A DNA stretch of 64,000 bases from Acidimicrobiia bacterium (GCA_965215185.1 OZ244034.1:2912001-2976000), one strand, 5' to 3'. Positions 19,056-29,397 are shown, counted from the first letter of the stretch. The notes: generated by a model from the sequence alone, not told the origin. Translations and numbers: made by a program.

Positions 19056-20398
19056 GCCGCGGCCGGGGACCGGGCGGCGAACCGGGCAGCGAGACGCCCC
19101 GCCTCAGCGCCACTGCGCACGGCCCCCTCCATGGTGGCAGGCCATCCCGTATCACACCAGGCTCCGGCCAGGTACACCCCAGGTAGAGCACACTCGGCGC
19201 CGGCGCGGAGGTGGTGAGTGCCCGGGGCGCCATAGAAAGTCGCCGCGTGTTCCCGGGTAACGATTGATTCGGTTACGGTGGCATGGGCCGCGGCGGGAAG
19301 GAGCCGAGCCAACTCGGCGCTGAAGTGCGAGATCAGTTCCGTCGAATTCCGGCCGATATAGGACTCGGCGGCCGATAAGGAGATGGCCAGACACTGGCGG
19401 CCGTCATCGAGCCCCGCCCCCTCGGTGCGGTCGAACACGAATTGCACGTCGCTTCCCACCCCCGCAAACATCTGCAACTGGGTCACGGGGCGATCGTACA
19501 CCAGGTGTACGTTTACGATTGGCGAAAGACCGAGGTCATTGAGTTGGGTCTGGTCAGGGACGCTTCGGGGCGGAAGCAGCGAATCAACCTCATCGTGAGG
19601 CACCGCCACCACCACGGAGTCGGCATTGATGGAATCGCCGTCGACCTGCACCACCAGACCACCAGAGTAGGTATGACGTACGGCTTTGACACTCGCCCGC
19701 GTCCTGACTCGGGCACCCGCCTTTTCCAACGCTCGCTGGGCGGCGTCGCCGTGTAAAGCTGACAGTGGCATCCTGGCCCAGCCGATGTCGGCGGCGGCTG
19801 CCTGGGTCAGTAACCCGGTGACGAAGACCTTGGCGGCCAGTTTCAGGGACGACTCGGCGGCCGTCACATTGACGGTGGGCAGCACCACCAAATTCCAGAA
19901 GGTTTCGATGGCGACCGCATCCTGGCCATGTTCGGTCAGCCAGTCACCGAAAGCCACCTTATCCAAGGCCGGATCTTCAGGATTCAGTCGGCGCAAGGCC
20001 CATCCCGCCCGCAGCACCCCCATCCTCTGACGAAGGCCCAGGTGGGGGTAGCTGAGCAGCGCCGGAGCCAAATGAAGTGGGGCCGGACCCATGGTCCGCC
20101 GGATGGCGCCGGACCGGCCGCCGGGCGCCAGTACCGGAATATCCAGCCGGCGCTGCAAGAATACGCCGTCAGACGAACCGATTCGCTCTAGGAAGGACAG
20201 GTAGGCGGTGCAGCACCGCAAAAAGACGTGCTGGCCGTTATCGAACCAGATACCCCGGCGTTGAAAGGACCAGGTAGCGCCACCCAGACGGGGGCGGCGC
20301 TCCAGCAGAGTCACGGCGGCGCCATGGTCGGCCGCTTCCAGTCCTGCCGCCAACCCGGCGAGGCCGCCACCTATCACCACCACCTGGCGCTTCCTCAC
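19052..20398 (-). CDS. hpnE: Hydroxysqualene dehydroxylase
   Basis: IGGGLAGL, DNGQHV, WPATMEGAVRSG; GTGA overlap with hpnD. Confidence 0.9.
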   Translation of the reverse strand: MRKRQVVVIGGGLAGLAAGLEAADHGAAVTLLERRPRLGGATWSFQRRGIWFDNGQHVFLRCCTAYLSFLERIGSSDGVFLQRRLDIPVLAPGGRSGAIRRTMGPAPLHLAPALLSYPHLGLRQRMGVLRAGWALRRLNPEDPALDKVAFGDWLTEHGQDAVAIETFWNLVVLPTVNVTAAESSLKLAAKVFVTGLLTQAAAADIGWARMPLSALHGDAAQRALEKAGARVRTRASVKAVRHTYSGGLVVQVDGDSINADSVVVAVPHDEVDSLLPPRSVPDQTQLNDLGLSPIVNVHLVYDRPVTQLQMFAGVGSDVQFVFDRTEGAGLDDGRQCLAISLSAAESYIGRNSTELISHFSAELARLLPAAAHATVTESIVTREHAATFYGAPGTHHLRAGAECALPGVYLAGAWCDTGWPATMEGAVRSGAEAGRLAARFAARSPAAA

Positions 20399-21264
20399 GG
20401 GTTTAGTCCGGATACACAGCGGGCCACTACCAAGGCTTTTTCCCAGACCGGGAGGCTGAGGCGTCCGGTCAGCGGCTGGGTGGGTTGAGCGAGAATGCGT
20501 TTCAGTAGCCGCTGATATATACCGGCCATGGCTGCGGTGCAAGCTCGGCTGCGATAGTCCAAGAAACCCAAGAGAACCAGTCCTTGCTCGAACCAGGTCG
20601 CCGCCTGCTCTGCTACGTACCGAACCAAATCGCCGACCGGCTCGGTCGGGGCCCACTGGCCGGGAAGGACTCCGAAGCGGCTACGTTCCTCCTCGGGAAG
20701 GTAGATACGGCCCATCCGATGGTCTTCTAGGATGTCCCGCAGCATGTTGGTGAGTTGCAAGGCTACCCCCAGGTCGTCGGCCAGTTGTGGGGCTTCTTTC
20801 TGGTCTTGGGGGTAGCCCGCCTTAACGCCAAACACCCCCAGGGACAGACGGCCGACCGAACCGGCCACCAGCCGGCAGTACCGAACAGTGTCATCCATGG
20901 TTGCATAGTTTTCGCCCCACACGTCCTGCTCGCACCCCTCCACGATCTCGTGCAGGGCCGCCACAGGAATGGGATAGCGGGCCGCGGCGTGGGCGACCCC
21001 TACAACCACCGGGTCTGAAGGGTCGGACACCTCACCCTCCTCCAGCCTGTCGATCACCGAGTGGAGGTTGCTCAACTCTTCCAGCTTGCGATCTCGCGTC
21101 CAGTCGCCATCGCCGACGTCGTCGATCCGCCGGGACATGGCGTACAGGGCCGCCATGGCGTTGCGCTTGGGGGTGGGAAGAAGCCGGATACCGTAGGAGA
21201 AGTTACGCGCGTGTGTCCAGGTGATCTCTTCGCACCGACGATAGGCTGACTCGGGAGTGATCAC
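20395..21264 (-). CDS. hpnD: Presqualene diphosphate synthase
   Basis: NFSYGIRLLP, RRIDDVGD, YCRLVAGSVG, QLTNMLRDILED; GTG start overlapping the hpnC stop. Confidence 0.9.
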   Translation of the reverse strand: MITPESAYRRCEEITWTHARNFSYGIRLLPTPKRNAMAALYAMSRRIDDVGDGDWTRDRKLEELSNLHSVIDRLEEGEVSDPSDPVVVGVAHAAARYPIPVAALHEIVEGCEQDVWGENYATMDDTVRYCRLVAGSVGRLSLGVFGVKAGYPQDQKEAPQLADDLGVALQLTNMLRDILEDHRMGRIYLPEEERSRFGVLPGQWAPTEPVGDLVRYVAEQAATWFEQGLVLLGFLDYRSRACTAAMAGIYQRLLKRILAQPTQPLTGRLSLPVWEKALVVARCVSGLNP

Positions 21265-22202
21265 GGCGTCCTCCCGCTTCGCCTCCTCATTAACGCGACC
21301 AGGTACAGGGGAGCCAGGCGGCGAAGGAGTCGCAGGGCCCCCGCTCGGCGGGTACCGCCCAGCACATCGAATCGGGAGGCTTCGATGGCGTCCAGCCCCG
21401 CCATGCCTCCTGCAACAAACCCGGCGATGGCCAGGCGGGGATAGCCCCGTAATGAAGCCACCAGCCACTTGCCTTTCTCTATGAGTTCGCGGGCGCGGCC
21501 CGTTTCGTAGGCCACCAGGTCCCGCAGGTTCTGGCCGGCCACGGGGGCCAGTAGGTCTTCGGGTTTGCATCCAAAACGCCTCATGTCATCGCCCGGCAGG
21601 TAGATGCGTCCCGCCCCGGCGTCTTCGCCCACATCCTGAAGGTGTTCCAGAACCTGCAGGCCACTGCACACGGCATCCGAGGCGGCCAGGCGGTCTTCGG
21701 TAGCCGACTCGAAAACAGCCAGCACCATGTGCCCCACGGGGTTCGCCGACAACTCGCAGTATTCCATTAACTCTGCCCAACTGGAGCAGGTCTTCTTATG
21801 CTGGTCCAGTCGGTTGGCGGCCAGCAGTTTATCGAAAGGAGTACGGGATAACCCGAAGCGGGCCACGGTGGGGGCCAATTGGCGGAAAAGCGGATGGGAG
21901 GGAGTCCCGGCGAATAGGTCGTTGAGTTGTGCTTGAAGCCAATCAAGCGCCGCAAAGCGGTCGCCTGGGTACTCATCACCTAGGTTGTCGGTGAGACGGG
22001 CGTAGCTGTAGATCGCCTGTAGGTGTTGTTGTAGATCGGCGGGCAGAATTCGAAGCGCCACGGGAAAGTTTTCTCCGGCGGCCCGTGACATAACGGCGTC
22101 AAGAGCGGCAAACTCCTCAATCGCTTGGGCGCGCGCCTGATGGTGGTCCGGCGGTGAAGCGCTCACCGTTTGAATCCGGTTCGCTGAGTTTTGAACGAAC
22201 AC
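21261..22202 (-). CDS. hpnC: Hydroxysqualene synthase
   Basis: ENFPVA, YARLTDNLGDE, SANPVG, EHLQDVGED. Confidence 0.9.
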   Translation of the reverse strand: MFVQNSANRIQTVSASPPDHHQARAQAIEEFAALDAVMSRAAGENFPVALRILPADLQQHLQAIYSYARLTDNLGDEYPGDRFAALDWLQAQLNDLFAGTPSHPLFRQLAPTVARFGLSRTPFDKLLAANRLDQHKKTCSSWAELMEYCELSANPVGHMVLAVFESATEDRLAASDAVCSGLQVLEHLQDVGEDAGAGRIYLPGDDMRRFGCKPEDLLAPVAGQNLRDLVAYETGRARELIEKGKWLVASLRGYPRLAIAGFVAGGMAGLDAIEASRFDVLGGTRRAGALRLLRRLAPLYLVALMRRRSGRTP

Positions 22203-22449
22203 CTCACCCCCGCCCCCGCGTGCACAGTGGGGTTAGCTAAAAGGATGTTTTTTCTCCACGAGAGGCCCAATCAACAATAGCGGCTGTTCCCGAATCGGGC
22301 TGGTGGTATGCCTGGTGACAGGTGGTCGGATGAGGCAAGGCAACGAGCCACACCTCTGACCGGGCCGGATTCACAAATTCCCATCCCACCTACCCACTGG
22401 CTCGTTTATTCTGGGCGCAGGGACATCGGAATGGGTAGGGTTGCTCTAA

Positions 22450-22476
22450 CCCGAAGCGACCTTCGGGGGCCCTTTT
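22450..22476 (+). terminator. GC-rich hairpin followed by a short T run upstream of trmD
   Basis: cccgaag-cgac-cttcggg then ggccctttt. Confidence 0.35.
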
Positions 22477-22499
22477 GACCGCCGGCTGATGGTTTTGCT

Positions 22500-23186
22500 A
22501 TGAAGATTTCAATAATCACCATTTTTCCTGATTACTTTCCTCAGGCGCTGGGTGTGGGAATCCTGGGCCGGGCAATGGAGGCCGGTCTGATCGAAGTCGA
22601 GTTGATCGACTTGCGGGAATATACAAGGGGGGCGCACCGGGCGGTGGACGACTCCCCATTCGGTGGAGGAGCGGGAATGGTGATGATGCCGGAGCCCTTG
22701 GCCAAGGCGCTTGATCCTCTGGCGGACAGTCACCGGGTGTTGTTCGCGCCTGTGGGAAGGCGCCTTAAGCAATCGATGCTCGATCGGTGGTCAAAGCTCG
22801 ATCACCTGACCTTGGTGTGTGGCCGCTATGAGGGAGTGGATGAGCGGATACCCGAACACTTCATTGATGAAGAGGCGTCAGTGGGTGATTATGTGTTGGC
22901 GGGCGGGGAGGTGGCGGCCCTGCTGGTCATCGAAGGGGTGGCTCGTCTGCTGCCCGAGGCGGTGGGGAATCCAAATTCGGTGGTGTTCGAATCGTTCCGG
23001 GAGGGTTTTTTGGAGGAGCCGGTCTACACCCGCCCTGCCGTCTTTCGGGGCTGGTCGGTGCCGCAGGTGCTGCTGTCAGGTGACCATCAGCGAATTGCAG
23101 AATGGAGGGCCACTCAAAGAAGAGAGCGGACCCGTAGCAGGCGACCGGACTTGTGGCAGGGGGAAAGTGATTCTGAACAGTGGTAA
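22500..23186 (+). CDS. trmD: tRNA (guanine-N1)-methyltransferase
   Basis: VDDSPFGGGAGMVM, CGRYEGVDER, GDYVLAGGE, LLSGDH. Confidence 0.97.
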   Translation: MKISIITIFPDYFPQALGVGILGRAMEAGLIEVELIDLREYTRGAHRAVDDSPFGGGAGMVMMPEPLAKALDPLADSHRVLFAPVGRRLKQSMLDRWSKLDHLTLVCGRYEGVDERIPEHFIDEEASVGDYVLAGGEVAALLVIEGVARLLPEAVGNPNSVVFESFREGFLEEPVYTRPAVFRGWSVPQVLLSGDHQRIAEWRATQRRERTRSRRPDLWQGESDSEQW

Positions 23187-23247
23187 GATACAGGTTTGGC
23201 GAATGCCACCATCACTTTTTCTCTATCAGACACGAACAGGTTAAGAC

Positions 23248-23592
23248 ATGAACGACATCCAATTGCTTGAACAAAACTATCTGCGGGACGACATACCTGA
23301 CTTCAGGCCGGGCGACACCGTTCGAGTGCATGTTCGCGTCATGGAGGCCGGTCGGGAGAGAGTACAGGTTTTCGAGGGAGTGGTGATAGGTCGAAGCGGG
23401 GGAGGTTTGCAGGAGACTTTCACTGTTCGCAAGATCAGTTTCGGGATAGGGGTGGAGCGCATCTTCCCCGTTCATGCTCCCATCTTGAGCCGGATTGAAG
23501 TTAGGCGTAAGGGTCTGGTTCGCAGAGCGAAGCTCAATTACTTGCGGGACCGGTCGGGCAAGTCGGCCCGGATCAAAGAGAGACGCGACTGA
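23248..23592 (+). CDS. rplS: 50S ribosomal protein L19
   Basis: [37 protein letters not shown]. Confidence 0.98.
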   Translation: MNDIQLLEQNYLRDDIPDFRPGDTVRVHVRVMEAGRERVQVFEGVVIGRSGGGLQETFTVRKISFGIGVERIFPVHAPILSRIEVRRKGLVRRAKLNYLRDRSGKSARIKERRD

Positions 23593-23711
23593 CCGAGATA
23601 CCACCCAAAGGAGATCTACCGGCTCTCGTTGTCGAAGAGTCGGCGGAGCCGGCGGAAAACAATCACCCGGTAGCCTCGCCCCCGCCTCCGAAGGGCCGGG
23701 TCAGGTCGGCG

Positions 23712-24275
23712 GTGATAGAAATGGCCGTGTTGCTGTTAGGGGCGGTAATTCTGGCGGTGTTGATCAAAGCCCTGTTCATCCAGCCATTCGAAATACCCTC
23801 ACTGTCCATGCATCCCACCCTACAGGTGGGAGATCGCGTGATGGTCTCCAAAGTCAGCTATTGGTTCGGGGAATCTGGCCGAGGAGATGTGGTGGTGTTC
23901 ACGCCTCCCGGTCGTGTCAAGCCCGATCGGAATCCCCTGGAGACAGTGTGGCACGAAGTCAGGCAGGCGTTCGGCTGGTACGACATCTCCGAGGCGGACC
24001 TTATCAAGAGGGTGGTGGCCACCGAGGGGGACCTCATCGAGGTCCGCGATCGTGAGGTTTGGGTAAATGGAGAGCTTTTGGATGAGCCATATCTGGGTTC
24101 TTCCACCCAGGGGGACTTCTTCACGGTAGAGGTGGAAGAAGACCATCTCTTCCTAATGGGGGACAACCGAGGCAAGTCTTCCGACAGCCGGGCATTTGGA
24201 ACAGTCCACCAGAACAATGTGGTTGGCAAAGCGGTCTTCCGTATCTGGCCTTTCAGTCGCCTGGGCGGGATTTAG
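23712..24275 (+). CDS. lepB: Signal peptidase I (frame open upstream to 23589)
   Basis: IPSLSMHPTL (catalytic Ser), LIKRV (catalytic Lys), GDNR…SDSR. Confidence 0.95.
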   Translation: MIEMAVLLLGAVILAVLIKALFIQPFEIPSLSMHPTLQVGDRVMVSKVSYWFGESGRGDVVVFTPPGRVKPDRNPLETVWHEVRQAFGWYDISEADLIKRVVATEGDLIEVRDREVWVNGELLDEPYLGSSTQGDFFTVEVEEDHLFLMGDNRGKSSDSRAFGTVHQNNVVGKAVFRIWPFSRLGGI

Positions 24276-24369
24276 CGAACACCCCTTTCCGGGTTCTGCC
24301 GGGCGGTTGAGGCAAATGCAGATGGCGAATCGAGGGTGGATAAGCTACCCCTTAAGATGCTCCTCCCCG

Positions 24370-24683
24370 AAGAGACCCGGTTGGGACTGTGACAAGGCCG
24401 CGAGGAACGGTCCAGGAGCCCGGCTTCGCCTTCCTCCCGCCAACGTTTCACCCATCGGTAGGCAGTCTGCCGTGAAACGCCCATCGCCTGGGGGGCGTGG
24501 GCCACCGGCCATCCCTGCGTCAGGATCCGTTCTACCAACAGTTTCCGTCCTTTGGGTGTCAACTTCGCTCTAGAGTGTCCCATGAGGGTCTCCCCCTTGA
24601 CTCGCCGGATTTCACACCCACGAATCAAACCAGGAGGCCCTCACTCATCCAAGCATCTGTCAACAACCTCTGTGGGAAGTACA
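24370..24683 (-). mobile_element. Truncated IS481-family element (left end plus N-terminal HTH of the transposase, ATG at 24583)
   Basis: MGHSRAKLTPKGR…GVSRQTAYRWVKRW…GLLDRSSRP; the end begins TGT at 24683 on the minus strand; no DDE domain or right end seen. Confidence 0.85.
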
Positions 24684-24684
24684 T

Positions 24685-24798
24685 CTAGCCAGAGAAAAGA
24701 GCCCAGAGGACCGCGGCGGCGGTGACCACGAGGGCACCGATCACCATTACGATGTCGCCGGTGGTCTTGCGATGCGGGCGGAAGGGATTGAAGCCCAT
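24685..24798 (-). CDS. Small single-pass membrane protein, 37 aa, not in the ORF track
   Basis: MGFNPFRPHRKTTGDIVMVIGALVVTAAAVLWALFSG*; GC3-rich codons and one clean transmembrane segment. Confidence 0.6.
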   Translation of the reverse strand: MGFNPFRPHRKTTGDIVMVIGALVVTAAAVLWALFSG

Positions 24799-24838
24799 CT
24801 GAAACTCAAGGTAGCGCGTCGCTTTACCCTATGGAAAT

Positions 24839-25615
24839 ATGTGGCTCGAAACCGAAGACCGTGGACCTGTCCGTTGGCTGTGGCTGAATCGCCCCTTCCG
24901 CAAGAATGCGATTCCTCCGGAAGGGTGGAAGGACCTCCAGCAGGCTTTCGTGGATATTGAGCGTTCCCCGCAGCGGGTGCTGGTGATATCGGGACGAGGG
25001 GGTGATTTTTGTGCGGGCGCCGATCTCGACCCTTCTGCTGGTTCCCGGTTCCCAGGAGTGGTCGATGCCCAGAACCGCATGAAGGTGGTGGGGGACACGG
25101 CCTTGGCGCTGCGGCGGTTGACCAAGCCCACGCTGGCCGCGGTGGATGGAGTGGCAGTCGGAGCGGGAATGAGCCTCGCCTTGGGATGTGACGTGGTGAT
25201 CGCCACCCATCGGGCCCGATTCTCGGCCATTTTCTCGCGCCGGGGTTTGAGTTTGGATATGGGTCTGACTTGGCTTCTTCCCCGGTTGGTGGGTGCCCAG
25301 TTCGCCAAGGAATTGGCGCTCTCGGGACGAATGGTCTCTGCCGCCGAGGCGCTGCAAAAAGGTCTGGTGTGGGATGTGGTTGAAGAAGAAGGGCTGGAAG
25401 AACGCGCCTCCGCCGTGGCGGAGGGGTTTCTGCGGGGAGCTCCGGTGGCACAGATGTTCATCAAGCAAGGGCTGGACCGCTCTTGGGAATTGTCTTTGGA
25501 GGAGGTCACCGCTTGGGAAGGACAGGCCCAGGCGATCTGTCTAGGCACCGATGACCACCGTGAGGGCGTGGAAGCATTCCTGGAGAAGCGACCCCCTCGT
25601 TTCCGGGGTTCCTGA
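24839..25615 (+). CDS. Enoyl-CoA hydratase/isomerase family protein
   Basis: LNRP…NA, FCAGADL, DGVAVGAG, DHREGVEAFLEKRPP. Confidence 0.92.
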   Translation: MWLETEDRGPVRWLWLNRPFRKNAIPPEGWKDLQQAFVDIERSPQRVLVISGRGGDFCAGADLDPSAGSRFPGVVDAQNRMKVVGDTALALRRLTKPTLAAVDGVAVGAGMSLALGCDVVIATHRARFSAIFSRRGLSLDMGLTWLLPRLVGAQFAKELALSGRMVSAAEALQKGLVWDVVEEEGLEERASAVAEGFLRGAPVAQMFIKQGLDRSWELSLEEVTAWEGQAQAICLGTDDHREGVEAFLEKRPPRFRGS

Positions 25616-25725
25616 CTCCAGATCCGCCGAAACCGGACGAGCTTGTGATTCAAGGCGTTGAATCGCGCAAGAATCTCGGGGAGAGGAGATAGCCAACTCG
25701 CTGGCATTTGGCGCATAGTGGAGGG

Positions 25726-27212
25726 ATGAGTATCAGAGTCTTATCGGCAGCGATGGTGGGGGTGGAGCCTCGGCCCGTGCATGTCGAAGTGCACCTGGGG
25801 AAAACCAATTCCAAATTTGGGCTGGTGGGTTTGCCTGACACGGCGGTGAGAGAAGCCCAGTACCGGGTGAAGGCCGCGATGGCTTCGTCAGGGTATTGAG
25901 ATGCTCCGCAGCGAAGTTACCGTGAACCTGGCCCCGGCCGACCTTCCCAAAGCCGGCTCCGCATTTGATCTTCCCATTTCTCTGGGTGTCTTAATCGCTG
26001 ACGGAAAGGTGTCGATGCAAGACACCGGGGTGGTGGCGGTGGGAGAGTTGGCTTTGGATGTGCGGGCCTCCCGGGGAGTATTGGGGGCGGCTTTGGTGGC
26101 TGCCCGACGGGGGTTTCCCTCCCTGGTTCCCGATGTGGACCTGTATCCGGTGGGACGACTATCCGAGGCGATGGGCGCATTGGAGGGCCGCATCGAACCT
26201 GCACTTCCTTGAGAGGTGAAGGCTCCCTCCACTCCGATCCCTGATCTGGCGGATGTACGCGGGCAGCAGTTTGCCCGACGCGGACTGCAGATAGCCGCCG
26301 TCGGCCGTCATCATCTGCTCATGTTCGGATCTCCCGGTATGGGAAAGACCATGTTGGCCAAACGTCTTCCCGGGATCCTTCCTCCTTTCGGAAAGAACGA
26401 AGAGCTGGAAGTGGCCTGCGTGTGGGCAGTGGGTCACCGCCGTCGACCGGTCTCGGTCCGCCCCTTCCGCGCTCCCCATCACACTGTCTCGGTAGCGGGA
26501 CTGGGGGGCGGGAGCGGATTCCCGTGCCGGGCGATCTCTCTCTGGCTCACAACGGCGTCCTCTTCCTAGACGAACTGGGGGAGTTTCCCGCCCACCTCAT
26601 CGACGCGCTTCGACAACCTTTGGAAGAGGGATCTGTGACCATAACCCGGAAGGGAATTTCAGCCCGTTTTCCCTGCCGCACCATGGTGATTGCGGCGACC
26701 AATCCCTGCCCGTGTGGCTGGAGCACCGACACTGTGAAGCAATGCAGGTGCTCACCCGCTTCGGTGGATCGTTATCGCCGGCGGCTTTCGGGCCCCTTGT
26801 TGGACCGTTTCGATGTGCGGGTGTTTCTGGGGCGTATGGAGACCGATGAGTTGACCGGCGCACCCGGCGAGCGCATGTGCGGGTGTTTCTGGGGCGTATG
26901 GAGACCGATGAGTTGACCGGCGCACCCGGCGAGCGCAGTGCGGTGGTGCGCAAAAGAGTGGAAAGTGCCAGGGCGATGCAAATGGGGAGGGGCGCCCTGA
27001 ACGGAGACTTATCTTCCTCGACCCTCGGCTCACTGCCTTGGAGCAAGGAGGCCAAGCGGGTGCTTACGGGCAACCTCGACCGGGGAAATCTCACCGGCAG
27101 AGGATACGATCGGGTACGCAGGGTGTCGAGAACCCTTGCCGACTTGGGAGAATCCGAGCGGGTGGAGGCCATCCACGTTCTGGAGGCGCTTTCCTACCGG
27201 ACGGGCTTTTAA
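25726..27212 (+). pseudogene. comM: ComM/YifB Mg-chelatase-like AAA+ ATPase, multiply disrupted
   Basis: VGLPDTAVRE, TVNLAPADLPK, GSPGMGKT, PFRAPHH, AHNGVLFLDE, NPCPCG and SGPLLDRFD are split across five ORF fragments; includes a 62-bp duplication. Confidence 0.9.
26813..26936 (+). repeat. Perfect 62-bp tandem duplication inside comM
   Basis: atgtgcgggtg…ggcgagcgc occurs at 26813-26874 and 26875-26936. Confidence 0.95.
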
Positions 27213-28238
27213 GTTTGTCCAGGCCTTTGGCCCCGTACTTTTCCCAAGGGCTTCGGCTGGCGTTTTCGGGAATGCACCCCCGACGCATTCAGTCCTTGGT
27301 GGAAAAGGCCGGTGATCCGGCCGCGCGGGAGGCGTTAGGAGTCGGCGCCGAGCAGCGGATGGCTGAACTCCGAGTTGCGGGAGTTTCGGTGATGCTGTTT
27401 GGCGCGGATGAATACCCTCCGTGGCTGGCCACCATCCCCGACTCACCAGATTTGTTGTTTGTCAGGGGCAGTCTTCCCACCCTCGCCGGTGTGGCGGTAG
27501 TGGGATCGAGGCGGGCGACCCGCTACGGTCCCAATTTGGCCAAGACGATGGGCGGGGCGATGGGAAGGCAGGGGGTGACAGTGGTGAGCGGATTGGCGCG
27601 GGGAATAGACGGGGCGGTTCATCAGGGGGTGGTGGAGACGGGAGGAACGAGGAGTGGCGGTGCTGGGCTCGGGTCCTGACCGATGGTATCCGGCCAGCCA
27701 CCGACGACTGGGGGAGGCGTTGCTGAAGTGTGGCGGAGCAGTGGTGACTGAATATCCGCCGGGGACCATCCCCGAGCCTTGGCGGTTTCCTGTCCGGAAT
27801 CGGATTATCACCGGCTTGTCCCGAGTGGTCTTGGTGGTAGAGGCGGCGGTGGGCGGAGGAGCCCTGATCAGCGCTCGGTTGGGTCTGGAGCAGGGACGGG
27901 AGGTTCTGGCCATCCCCGGGGACATTGATCGAGCCACCTCCGGAGGTTGCAACGAATTGATCCGAGACGGCTCCATGCCGGTGCTGGGAACGGCGGAACT
28001 GCTGGAATTCCTGGAGATGGAAGGCATCCTCGCCCCACCAACGGTTAATCGGGAAGATCCGATGTCGCCGAGTGCGAACCAGGATCTGGAAGAGGCAATC
28101 GGAGAGACCGGCGCCACGGTAGAGACCCTGGGCGACCGGCTGGGATGGCCCCTCTCCCGGCTGCTGGTGGAACTCGGCAAGCTGGAGTCGGAGGGACGGA
28201 TGGTGAGAGAAGGCGCGGTCATCCGTCTGACAATGTGA
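27213..28238 (+). pseudogene. dprA: Canonical DNA-processing protein DprA, frameshifted near 27647
   Basis: YPPWL…LFVRG, VAVVGSR and VSGLARGIDG lie in one frame; AVLGSG, FPVRNRII, VVEA and GCNELI lie in another. Start uncertain. Confidence 0.82.
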
Positions 28239-28433
28239 TTTCCTGATGACGGACAGAGTGCAATGCCAACCCAGAGATTGCTGAATCGTCCAATCCCTGG
28301 CTGGTCACGACCCACTGGGGGAGTGCACCTCTCGTAGCCTCTCAAGGCATTTCGCCCCCGGGTGGTGGAATGAACTTTCCGGAAATGAGGAAATCCTCGT
28401 CACCGGCAGGAGGGGGTTCATAGCATTGGAGGT

Positions 28434-29327
28434 GTGGCAGCCATTTCAAACCTTCCCAAGTGGGCCGAGGAGACGGTACAGAGGTATTTGAATTGGCTGG
28501 CCAAGGGCCGGCGACTCTCTCCCCACACGGTGAATGCCTACCGCAGAGACATAACACAATTCCTGGCTTTTTGCGACAAGGCCGGGAGCAGGTCTTTTAG
28601 TGAGATCGGCCGCAGCGACCTTCGTCGGTTCTTCGCTTCCCTGCACACACGCAGGTTCTCCCGCGCGTCAGTGGTGCGGAAAGGATCGTCCCTTCGATCC
28701 TTTTTCGGGCATCTTCACCAGCGAGGCGACATTCCGGTCAACCCCGTGGGCGCGCTGCCCGTTCCCAAAGCCGCCAGCAGCCTGCCAACAGTCCTGTCTC
28801 CAGCCCAATTGGCGCAGGCTATCGAGGCGGTGGATGGCGAGGCGCCGGTGGACTTGCGGGACCGAGCCATCCTTGAACTGGCCTACGGGGCCGGACTCCG
28901 GGTATCGGAGTTAGCGGCGCTCACTGTCTCTGCGGTGCAGGGAAAGGATCTCACGGTGATATCGGGTAAAGGCGGAAAAGATCGGGCCACTCCTATCGGG
29001 ATTCCCGCTCAGCGAGCGTTGGGCCGCTGGCTGGAGGATGGCCGCTCTGCTTTAGCCGGGGAACACGCCGGTGAAGCTCTTTTCGTAGGAGTGCGAGGAG
29101 GCCGGATGGATCCTCGCCAGATAAGGCGGGTGGTTCGGTCCCGGGTGGGGAGTTTCCCTCACGCTCTGCGTCACTCCTTTGCCACCCACCTCATCGAGGG
29201 AGGGGCAGACCTGCGAAGCGTTCAGGAATTGTTGGGACACGCCAATCTGGGCACCACGCAGATCTACACCAGTGTCAGTCATCGGCATCTGCGCGCCACT
29301 CACCACCGAACCCACCCGCGGGCCTGA
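28434..29327 (+). CDS. xerC: Tyrosine recombinase XerC
   Basis: [32 protein letters not shown]…TQIY; conserved position between dprA and rpsB. Confidence 0.9.
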   Translation: MAAISNLPKWAEETVQRYLNWLAKGRRLSPHTVNAYRRDITQFLAFCDKAGSRSFSEIGRSDLRRFFASLHTRRFSRASVVRKGSSLRSFFGHLHQRGDIPVNPVGALPVPKAASSLPTVLSPAQLAQAIEAVDGEAPVDLRDRAILELAYGAGLRVSELAALTVSAVQGKDLTVISGKGGKDRATPIGIPAQRALGRWLEDGRSALAGEHAGEALFVGVRGGRMDPRQIRRVVRSRVGSFPHALRHSFATHLIEGGADLRSVQELLGHANLGTTQIYTSVSHRHLRATHHRTHPRA

Positions 29328-29397
29328 TTGCAGGGGATCCGGGTTTGTCTGGGAATCGGGGCGGGGCAGGGCGTTTTCTTTGGATCCCAACCTTCCC

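Noticed and set aside
26813-26936. CRISPR-like repeat or programmed frameshifting in comM
   Set aside because: There are only two abutting copies of coding sequence with no spacer, and too many independent lesions for recoding.
28434-29327. Tyrosine recombinase as a prophage or island integrase
   Set aside because: Its size, motifs and dprA-xerC-rpsB position indicate housekeeping XerC; no att sites or phage genes were seen.
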